From a virus, in the IMG/VR virus record IMGVR_UViG_3300027279_000002: 26,332 nucleotides of DNA. One strand, 5' to 3'. How positions within the stretch are numbered: the stretch's first letter is position 1; each line of letters opens with the position of its first letter. Below are positions 8,711-15,501 of this stretch, piece after piece. Made by a program: the position numbers and the translations under genes. A model generated the notes under the pieces. The model saw only the letters and a program-made list of their open reading frames with translations, had not been told where the DNA came from and ran no database searches.

Positions 8711-10213
8711 ATGTTACTGTATGGCTTAAGTAGGGAGACAGTAATAGAAGGAAACAGCTTAATTGTTAAAGACTTCTTCGGTGTTAGTTACTCAAATGTT
8801 TCTACACCGAAAATCAAAAACGGCTTGTTTTGTGATACGGGGTTGGCAGTTTATAGTAACGATGACAACGCCTACTCTTTGGAATACGAAAATACTTCTT
8901 TTCCTTTTGCTGTTAGTATTCAAACAAAATCGGAATACTCGGGTGGAGTATGGGTAAGGTTTTATAATGCCAGTGCTTATTACGAAAACAAAAATGGAAT
9001 TGGCGTAGAAGACTTAAGCATAATGGTAAACGACACTAATGAACTTGCTTATTATGTTTATTATTACTACTTATTAAAAAACATTGTGCAGTTTAAAAGT
9101 GTAAAGTATTTACCACCGTTAAGTGTCGTTTCTGGCGATGATGGAAACCAATACAAAACAATAACCTGCGAAGTGGAGAATGGGGTTTATTATTACATAG
9201 CGGTAAGAAGAGAAAACTTTGAAACTTTTAAAAACAATGTTACAGTAGAATACTTTAAAAATACTAATGCATTAGTGGGTGATGTTGTTAATGTTGTTTT
9301 GGCTAACAATCTTGGTTTTCCTATTAGCTTTCAAAACTCGTTTTTGGGAAAAATAGTAAACCCGAAAAGCCATTGTTTCCGAACGTGGGTTTATGAAGAT
9401 GATAATACTCTTGTTTCCACACTTAACAAAAAAATAGTTCCTACCATCATTCAGCAAGGTAACGTTGGCGGTATTACCGTTCAGCAGTTGTATATTTATG
9501 GTAGTGAGTATGCTAGGAACAATAAAGTGTTGTTTATGTATCCACCAAGTGCGGAGTTAATTAATACCTATAGTGGTAGTTTTGTTATTTCCACCGCTCC
9601 TCCCACAACTAGACATCACTACACTACTACAACCTTTTCACCTACTATTTCACTAAACTTACAAAGAGATGTATTAATGACCTTTTACTATACTAGTGCT
9701 AATACTAACATAATCTGTAAAGATGGTTGGAAGTTTTATAGCGAAATGGGAATTACAAGAGGCGGGGTAGTATGGAAATATTCACCATCCACCAACGTTT
9801 TAGATGTAAGGCTAATGGTGGAATGGAATAACCTTGTTCCAACTCCATATCTTCATATTCTCCAATTCCGTTTACCTACTCCTGATTTTGTTTACACTGT
9901 AGAAAATCTAGCTTATAGCCAAAACACAACTTACCTAATCACCGAACTACCTATAATTCCATCGTTTTTGGAAGTATGGATTTATGCAAATGGCACAGAG
10001 TTTGGTAGCCAAAACTACTACAGTGAGGATATTCTATTATGGCAACACGAAACCGATGCATCATTGGTTCACGTGGGTTTTAGTGGTAGTGTGATGGCAA
10101 AGGTTATAAAAAGAGAAAACAATAAAATAAACCTTTACTTAAAAACATTTAGTGCACCTGTTTATTCACAGCTTAGTAGTTTTAATGTTTATGTGCGTGC
10201 TTGGTGTGGGTAA
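8711..10213 (+). CDS. Tail fiber / receptor-binding protein (positional)
   Basis: AGAGGTGA SD; 500 aa; Tyr/Asn/Val-rich beta-type composition; last structural gene before the lysis genes. Confidence 0.4.
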   Translation: MLLYGLSRETVIEGNSLIVKDFFGVSYSNVSTPKIKNGLFCDTGLAVYSNDDNAYSLEYENTSFPFAVSIQTKSEYSGGVWVRFYNASAYYENKNGIGVEDLSIMVNDTNELAYYVYYYYLLKNIVQFKSVKYLPPLSVVSGDDGNQYKTITCEVENGVYYYIAVRRENFETFKNNVTVEYFKNTNALVGDVVNVVLANNLGFPISFQNSFLGKIVNPKSHCFRTWVYEDDNTLVSTLNKKIVPTIIQQGNVGGITVQQLYIYGSEYARNNKVLFMYPPSAELINTYSGSFVISTAPPTTRHHYTTTTFSPTISLNLQRDVLMTFYYTSANTNIICKDGWKFYSEMGITRGGVVWKYSPSTNVLDVRLMVEWNNLVPTPYLHILQFRLPTPDFVYTVENLAYSQNTTYLITELPIIPSFLEVWIYANGTEFGSQNYYSEDILLWQHETDASLVHVGFSGSVMAKVIKRENNKINLYLKTFSAPVYSQLSSFNVYVRAWCG

Positions 10214-10220
10214 AAAATTT

Positions 10221-10260
10221 TAGACTACTATAATATATACACATAGAATATATGCATTGT
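10221..10260 (+). promoter_or_regulatory. Conserved AT-rich element, copy 2 (TATAAT 10229-10234; core CATAGAATATATGCA 10242-10256)
   Basis: TAGACTACTATAATATATACACATAGAATATATGCATTGT, immediately upstream of the endolysin SD. Confidence 0.55.
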
Positions 10261-10272
10261 AGGGGGTGAAAG

Positions 10273-10800
10273 ATGGATGAGAGGTTTAACAGACTTTTTA
10301 AGGACATATTAAAGCACGAAGGCGGGTATGTAAATGACCCAAACGATTTGGGGGGTGAAACGAAGTATGGAATTTCCAAGCGTTCCTACCCGCATTTGGA
10401 TATTCCAAAACTCACCGAAGAGCAGGCTAAAACAATTTACTATTACGATTACTGGGAGAAATACCACGTTGACAAACTAGCAAAAGTGAGTTTTCAGGTG
10501 GCAAGTAAATACTTTGATTTTCTTATAAACGCGGGTGAAAAGAATGCTAAAAATGCGCTTATTAAAAGCATTAATGAACTTGGCTATAATGTTACGAACG
10601 ATAGAGATATGAACGAAGACATTTTGCTATCAGTTAAGGAAATTGTTATGACAAACAAGAAAGAAGTGTTAATAAACAACTTTATTAAAAACCAAAAGCA
10701 GTATTATATAACAATAGCAGAGAAGAGACCGCAGAACAAAAAATTTCTAAATGGCTGGTTAAGAAGAGCGGAATACAGAGGGGTTACAGACTACGGCTAA
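10273..10800 (+). CDS. Endolysin, glycoside hydrolase family 108-like with a C-terminal PG_binding_3-like region
   Basis: N-terminus KHEGGYVNDPNDLGGETKYGIS matches the GH108 signature. The C-terminus FLNGWLRRAEY matches the usual GW-x-x-R end of the associated peptidoglycan-binding domain. Confidence 0.8.
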   Translation: MDERFNRLFKDILKHEGGYVNDPNDLGGETKYGISKRSYPHLDIPKLTEEQAKTIYYYDYWEKYHVDKLAKVSFQVASKYFDFLINAGEKNAKNALIKSINELGYNVTNDRDMNEDILLSVKEIVMTNKKEVLINNFIKNQKQYYITIAEKRPQNKKFLNGWLRRAEYRGVTDYG

Positions 10801-10859
10801 AAGTGCTTGCAAGTTAATTCCAAAATCCTTTAATAAAAACGGTTAAGGAGGGTACTAAA

Positions 10860-11153
10860 ATGGAGGTTATTTTAGTTATGGGTAATATAAAAATTGGAGA
10901 AGGAAAACATATAACACTAGACCCTAGAGAAATTACACAGGAATTACTTAAAAGAGAAGACTTTATAAAACTCATAACAGACTACTTAAGAGAAAAATTA
11001 CAGCCAGATATTTTAACAGTAGCACAACATATTAATTTGGGTGAGGACGGAAACGATACCTGTTACAAAGTAACAGTTTATTTGGAAAAATGGACAGCAA
11101 AACCACTCGAAACTAATAACATACTAAAGGAAATGGGGGAAATAGGCTTGTGA
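10860..11153 (+). CDS. Hypothetical protein in the lysis cassette
   Basis: AAGGAGGG SD 7 nt upstream of the ATG; no TM segment. Confidence 0.5.
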   Translation: MEVILVMGNIKIGEGKHITLDPREITQELLKREDFIKLITDYLREKLQPDILTVAQHINLGEDGNDTCYKVTVYLEKWTAKPLETNNILKEMGEIGL

Positions 11154-11401
11154 TGGAGGGTAAGGAAAAAGTGACAAGAAATAAGACACTAGACATAATA
11201 CTAAAAGAGTTGGGGGAAATAAAAAACATTCTTTATTCTGTAGATAAGAAAGTTACAGAACACACGGTTAGAATTACCAGGCTTGAAGACTTCGAAAAGG
11301 AAACAAGAAGTAACCGAAATTTAACAATCACAGCACTAATTACAGCGGTTTTATCTTTTGTTACTAGTTTTGTAATGCATGTTTTATCCAAGATTAAGTA
11401 A
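11150..11401 (+). CDS. XhlA-like lysis-associated membrane protein (the start may be ATG 11153)
   Basis: About 83 aa: an N-terminal coiled coil plus a single C-terminal TM (LTITALITAVLSFVTSFVMHVL), the architecture of XhlA-type proteins. Overlaps the upstream stop codon. Confidence 0.45.
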   Translation: MMEGKEKVTRNKTLDIILKELGEIKNILYSVDKKVTEHTVRITRLEDFEKETRSNRNLTITALITAVLSFVTSFVMHVLSKIK

Positions 11402-11633
11402 AATATTCTCGAGGAAATTTTTTGTTTTTGTTGTTAACTTTATTAGTGCTTTCTTTCTTAAGTATTTTTCCAAAATTAGTGATGAAACTTATTTAATAAT
11501 TGTTCTTTCCGTTTCTCTTGTGTATCTTTTCGTGGAGGGGGTTTTAGATTTAAAAAGTTTAAGTATCAAAACAAATAGTCTTAATCTTAAGTTTAAGGAG
11601 GGTGAAGATGTGGACTATAAAAAAGATAGCTAG
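11379..11633 (+). CDS. Putative holin (2 TM, charged C-terminus)
   Basis: Two hydrophobic segments (FFVFVVNFISAFFL, YLIIVLSVSLVYLFV) and an acidic/basic tail. No clear SD, so the start is uncertain. Confidence 0.4.
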   Translation: MFYPRLSKIFSRKFFVFVVNFISAFFLKYFSKISDETYLIIVLSVSLVYLFVEGVLDLKSLSIKTNSLNLKFKEGEDVDYKKDS

Positions 11634-12195
11634 CATGTTAAGTGTTTCACATAACACTGTTAGGAAAGTAGTAAAAGAGATGTTCCCAGAAAAGATTAAA
11701 AACGGTGTCACAACAGTATTAAATGACGAAGAACTAGTAAAAGTTATAAGCGAAGTTAAACACAGAGGAATTATAAATCTTAATAGCAACCTTACCAAAA
11801 CTGGTAAGGTAGATAAGGCTAACCTTACCAAAATTGGTAAGGTGGATGAACAACTGGCAAAACTGGAAAGGATGACCGAAAACATGGTTGTTTTGGCTAA
11901 GGAACTTTCCTACATGTTAAACAAGGCATTTTCTTATTCCGAAAGACTACTACTAAAGGAAAACAACAATCTGCCAAATCCACGAAAAGAAATTTGGGAG
12001 GCGGTGAATGACTTTAAGCATGTAAACGGTTTAGATAGTGCTAGTAGGGATATACTACTAGATTTAGCGGAGAAATATCAAAAGGAAACAGGTAATGTAA
12101 TAAAAACTAATAATGATTACGAAGCGATAATAAGAAACCTAATTCTTAAAAACAAAGTTAGCGACTTCGTTAGGTGGGTCAGGAACAGACTATGA
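11608..12195 (+). CDS. HTH DNA-binding protein (ORF track start is 11602; ATG 11608 is preferred)
   Basis: AAGGAGGGTG SD. The N-terminus IKKIASMLSVSHNTVRKVV is helix-turn-helix-like. Contains the duplicated NLTKxGKVD peptide encoded by the tandem palindromes. Confidence 0.5.
   Translation: MWTIKKIASMLSVSHNTVRKVVKEMFPEKIKNGVTTVLNDEELVKVISEVKHRGIINLNSNLTKTGKVDKANLTKIGKVDEQLAKLERMTENMVVLAKELSYMLNKAFSYSERLLLKENNNLPNPRKEIWEAVNDFKHVNGLDSASRDILLDLAEKYQKETGNVIKTNNDYEAIIRNLILKNKVSDFVRWVRNRL
11788..11843. repeat. Two tandem 22-bp palindromes, ACCTTACC-N6-GGTAAGGT, 33 bp apart
   Basis: Copy 1: arms 11789-11796 and 11803-11810. Copy 2: arms 11822-11829 and 11836-11843. All arms are perfect 8-bp matches with AAAACT / AAAATT spacers. 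Confidence 0.9.
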
Positions 12196-12590
12196 AGTAT
12201 CCAGAACTAGAGGCAATCCTGGATACAATAAAAACAGTCTACAACCTTGATTGGGAAAGAGAATATTATTTTGCTTACCCTAAATACAAATACCGATTTG
12301 ACTACGCCATACCAGCCATCAAGTTGGCAATAGAAGTGGAGGGGGGCGTGTGGAACTACGGAAGGCACAATACACCTACAGGTTATCAAGAGGACTGTAT
12401 TAAATACACTTTAGCAAGCGTTCTCGGCTGGACTTTGTTAAGATTTACAACAATACAGATAAAGAAAAATCTTTTTGTGTATCCTACCAGAGAAAAACCA
12501 AACCGAGACTACATTAGACTAGATGATTTTGTTTTAAAATTTATTAAAACAAAACTGGAGGGTAAAGAATGCGATTTATCTTTACTTTAA
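12192..12590 (+). CDS. PD-(D/E)xK superfamily endonuclease (DUF559/Vsr-like)
   Basis: ATGA overlap with the upstream gene. FDYAIP...LAIEVEGGVWNYGRH...YQEDCIKYT...GWTLLRFT matches the D...E-x-E/D-G...K...GW-x-x-LRF layout of this family. Confidence 0.5.
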   Translation: MKYPELEAILDTIKTVYNLDWEREYYFAYPKYKYRFDYAIPAIKLAIEVEGGVWNYGRHNTPTGYQEDCIKYTLASVLGWTLLRFTTIQIKKNLFVYPTREKPNRDYIRLDDFVLKFIKTKLEGKECDLSLL

Positions 12591-12988
12591 TAATACTATC
12601 AATGCTAATATTAGCTTTGTTTGGAGGTTTTATGCTTTGTAAGTTTTTTCTATCTAACCTATCTCCTTTAGTAAAACACACAACGAATTACATAACAAAC
12701 ACAAAAGTGGTTACGAAAATAAGTTATAAAACTAACTATATTACTAATAACAGTGAGGTAGTAAAGGAAATAACAATAACGGAGAAGGAAAGTGTAACAA
12801 ATACGGTTTTGTATCCATACCATGTTAAGAAAGATAACACTATCGGTTTAGGGGTCAATAATTCAGAGGGTATTATAATATATACACATAGAATATATAG
12901 CGATTTTTCTCTTGGTGCTGGCTTAAGATTTAACTATTTTACTTTTACTAACTTTGCCATTTATGTCTTCTTATCATATTCTTTTTAG
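12569..12988 (+). CDS. Membrane protein with an N-terminal TM anchor and a C-terminal outer-membrane beta-signal-like end
   Basis: GGAGGG SD. N-terminal TM FIFTLIILSMLILALFGGFML, a TNYITN internal repeat, alternating beta-like C-terminal strands, and an ending of VFLSYSF with a terminal Phe. Confidence 0.45.
   Translation: MRFIFTLIILSMLILALFGGFMLCKFFLSNLSPLVKHTTNYITNTKVVTKISYKTNYITNNSEVVKEITITEKESVTNTVLYPYHVKKDNTIGLGVNNSEGIIIYTHRIYSDFSLGAGLRFNYFTFTNFAIYVFLSYSF
12871..12900 (+). promoter_or_regulatory. Conserved AT-rich element, copy 3 (intragenic)
   Basis: 12874-12898 (TATAATATATACACATAGAATATAT) is identical over 25 nt to 10229-10253. It lies inside CDS 12569-12988, about 95 nt upstream of the next gene. 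Confidence 0.5.
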
Positions 12989-12991
12989 TGT

Positions 12992-13318
12992 ATGCTAGTA
13001 GTCTATTTAGCACATAAATTCAACATGGAAAAGTGGCGTGTGGAAGAGATAAGGGATTTTATCGTTAAGGCTTATCAGGTTAGAAAAGACATTGTAATAA
13101 TTAACACACCAATTCTGTTTGGCTGGAGTGGAATAAGTGAAAAACAAGCAATAAAGAAGAGTTTAAAACTCTTAAGTTTATGCGATGTTGTTTGGGTTTA
13201 TGTATTTAGCAAAACAGATTTTTTCACAAGTAAAGGACTAAAGAAGGAATTAAGACTTGCTAGAATGTTACATAAACCTGTTAAGATAATAACAAGTGTG
13301 GAAGACATAAAAACTTGA
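12992..13318 (+). CDS. Nucleoside 2-deoxyribosyltransferase-like (DUF4406/DUF1937-type) protein
   Basis: The layout VVYLAHKF ... INTPILFGWSG ... LSLCDVVWVY ... SKGLKKELRLA ... KPV resembles the Rossmann-like core of this fold family. Assigned by eye only. Confidence 0.35.
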   Translation: MLVVYLAHKFNMEKWRVEEIRDFIVKAYQVRKDIVIINTPILFGWSGISEKQAIKKSLKLLSLCDVVWVYVFSKTDFFTSKGLKKELRLARMLHKPVKIITSVEDIKT

Positions 13319-13912
13319 TAAAACTATACATTTTTAGCCATTTTTGTTACCAGGAATGCTTATTTCTCCATCAAAAAAATGCTAGTTTTTTATATCAAAA
13401 TTAAGCGTTTTTTAATCATTTTTAGTGGTTTTTATCACCAAAAAGTATTAAAAAAGCGTTAAAAAATGCGTATTTTTCTTATCAAAAAGTGGCTATTTTT
13501 TAACTATTTTTAACATCAAAAAACTACTCAAAAACTATCAAAAAATATCAATTTTCCTATCAAAAATGAGCGATTTTTTAACATTTTTTGACTATTTTTC
13601 TATATCTAAAAGTGTTCAAAAATCTTATTAAAAAGTGGCGTTTTTTGGCATTTTTGAGGGGGTTTTTTGCACAAAATCGGGGGTTTTTGGTGAGATTTAC
13701 GGTAATATAATATCTATATATATTTATATAATAATATTATTATATACCGAAAATCTGTTCAAAAAATATAGGTTTTTGTGTAAAAAAAATAGGGTATTTT
13801 TTATCAAAAAAGCGGGGTTTTTGTTAAGATTTTTAACACTTTTTTTACTCTTAAAAGTCTTTACAAATGTTTATTTAATCATCCATAATTAATCTCCCTA
13901 AGGGGGGTATGT
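13319..13912. other. Non-coding iteron/A-tract field with an all-AT core: putative replication origin plus early control region
   Basis: Nine (T)ATCAAAA motifs (ATCA at 13369, 13393, 13433, 13480, 13514, 13536, 13546, 13558, 13802). About ten A(4-8)-N(5-8, G-containing)-T(5-6) units. 13701-13748 contains only A and T. Confidence 0.5.
13859..13888 (+). promoter_or_regulatory. Candidate sigma70-type early promoter
   Basis: TTTACA (13859-13864), 18-nt spacer, CATAAT (13883-13888), about 25 nt upstream of the first early gene and its GGGGGG SD. Confidence 0.35.
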
Positions 13913-14134
13913 ATGGAGAAAATTTGTAGGAATTGTAAGTTTTGGAACAGTAAAGGGCAGTTTTGGGACTGGATGAAAATTCCAGTAACTGTGGGGGACT
14001 GTGAAATGATTTTAACTTATGTTAGTAGAAATATGCCAAGTGATAGAATTATAGCGATGTCGGAAACTATGTTTGTTGCTTTTACTGGTGAAAACTTCGG
14101 CTGTATTCATTTTCAACCAAGAGAAAACAAATAA
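13913..14134 (+). CDS. Small Cys-containing hypothetical protein (CxxC at the N-terminus)
   Basis: GGGGGGT SD. 73 aa with CRNC near the N-terminus plus two further Cys residues. Confidence 0.5.
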   Translation: MEKICRNCKFWNSKGQFWDWMKIPVTVGDCEMILTYVSRNMPSDRIIAMSETMFVAFTGENFGCIHFQPRENK

Positions 14135-14169
14135 CCTTTCGTTAACCATTTTCCTTTAAAATAAATGTT

Positions 14170-15435
14170 ATGGCTTTGGAAATAGTTTATGTTAGTGCTA
14201 ATGAGTTAAGAGAAAGTGAGTATAACCCCCGTAGATTCCCGAAAGAAACAAAAGATAAACTTAAGGAAAGCATTAAAAAATTCGGTTTCGTTAACCCCTT
14301 GATTGTCAACTCTAACCCCGAAAGAAAAAACATCGTAATCGGCGGGCACTTTAGGCTTTTGGTTGCAAAAGAACTAGGTATTAAAGAAGTTCCAGTCGTT
14401 TATGTTAATGTGGATAAGGAAAAAGAGAAAGAGTTAAGCTTAAGACTAAACCGTAACACTGGTGAATGGGACTGGAAATTGTTAAGAATGTTTGAAAGTG
14501 ATTTTTTAAAAAGAATTGGCTTTTCGGATAGAGATTTGGAAAAGATTTTCACAAGAACGAGAAAGGTATTAAGTAAAGATTTTATCGTTCCGCCGTTATC
14601 GGTTCTGGATGCTAGGAAGCAAACATGGATAACAAGAATGACAGAATGGGAAGAACTCGGGTTTGATGGAACAAAAGGAAGACCAACGAAGCTCTTAGGG
14701 ATTTCTAAGCAAGTTGGTGGCGGTGAAGGAACTTCCAAGTTTGACCCAGTATTGGCGGAGATTTGTTATAGGTGGTTCAATACTGAAAATGGTATTATTT
14801 TGGACCCGTTTTCTGGTGGTGTTACGAGGGGGTTTGTTGCTGGCTATCTTGGATACGAATATTGGGGAGTTGATATAAGCGAAGAACAGATAAAAGCGAA
14901 CTTGGAGCAGGTAGAAGAGTTACAGCATTTACTAAAAGTAAAACCTAAATACATTATTGGCGATAGTTATGAAATAGATAATCTTATCCAAAAACGTGAA
15001 TTTGATTTAATTTTTACATGCCCGCCCTACTTTGATTTGGAACGTTACACTGATAACCCGAATGACTTAAGTAACATGAGCTGGGAGAGATTTAGAGAAA
15101 GATATAAAGCAATAATTAAAAAATCCTGCGACTTATTAGCGGAAAATAGGTTTGCTGTGTTTGTTGTGTCAGAGGTTAGAGACAGGGACGGGGTTTATAG
15201 AGGACTAGTGGAACTAACAAAAGAAGCATTTAGAGAAGCGGGGTTAAAATTCTACAATGATATTGTTTATCTTAACGCAGTAGGAAATGCAGCAGTTCGT
15301 GCTAGAAAACAAATGAAAACAAGGAAAGTCGTTAAAGTGCACCAAAATATTTTGGTTTTCTATAAGGGTGATACGGAAAGAATAATGGAATTTTTCGGGG
15401 AAATAAAAAACGAAAGTGATGAGGAAGATTATTAA
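14170..15435 (+). CDS. ParB-like N-terminal domain fused to a SAM-dependent DNA methyltransferase
   Basis: ParB/Srx-like N-terminus (NPRRFP...SIKKFGFVNPLIVN...VIGGHFRL...ELGIKEVPVVYV). Motif I-like ILDPFSGGVTRG, followed about 70 aa later by motif IV-like DLIFTCPPYF. Confidence 0.75.
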   Translation: MALEIVYVSANELRESEYNPRRFPKETKDKLKESIKKFGFVNPLIVNSNPERKNIVIGGHFRLLVAKELGIKEVPVVYVNVDKEKEKELSLRLNRNTGEWDWKLLRMFESDFLKRIGFSDRDLEKIFTRTRKVLSKDFIVPPLSVLDARKQTWITRMTEWEELGFDGTKGRPTKLLGISKQVGGGEGTSKFDPVLAEICYRWFNTENGIILDPFSGGVTRGFVAGYLGYEYWGVDISEEQIKANLEQVEELQHLLKVKPKYIIGDSYEIDNLIQKREFDLIFTCPPYFDLERYTDNPNDLSNMSWERFRERYKAIIKKSCDLLAENRFAVFVVSEVRDRDGVYRGLVELTKEAFREAGLKFYNDIVYLNAVGNAAVRARKQMKTRKVVKVHQNILVFYKGDTERIMEFFGEIKNESDEEDY

Positions 15436-15441
15436 AAACAC

Positions 15442-15470
15442 TTGACAAATTAAGTTTTAATGTTTATAAT
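15442..15470 (+). promoter_or_regulatory. Consensus sigma70 promoter
   Basis: TTGACA (15442-15447), exact 17-nt spacer, TATAAT (15465-15470), upstream of the gene starting at 15502. Confidence 0.7.
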
Positions 15471-15501
15471 ATATATGTAAAAAAAGAAAAAGGAGGGGTT
15501 T

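Noticed and set aside
8763-8957. 64-aa plus-strand ORF nested out of frame in the tail fiber gene
   Set aside because: It lies entirely within a longer, SD-led gene, with no SD and no motif. It is probably a chance ORF.
10221-10249. Alternative reading of the conserved element as a standard promoter with -35 TAGACT (10221-10226) and -10 TAGAAT (10244-10249)
   Set aside because: The spacing works for copy 2 (17 nt) and copy 5 (16 nt, AAGACT), but copies 1, 3 and 4 have no comparable -35. I therefore kept the more general description, a -10-only element plus a conserved box. Transcription start mapping would decide.
13369-13821. Possible CRISPR-like array, because of the many short repeats
   Set aside because: The repeats are only about 9-18 nt, degenerate and irregularly spaced (10 to more than 200 bp), with no unique spacers of uniform length. 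No cas genes are present.
13635-13892. 85-aa plus-strand ORF inside the non-coding repeat field
   Set aside because: The Phe/Leu/Ile-rich translation comes from T-tracts and all-AT DNA. It has no SD, and it overlaps the iteron/A-tract units and the AT-only core. It is better explained as non-coding.
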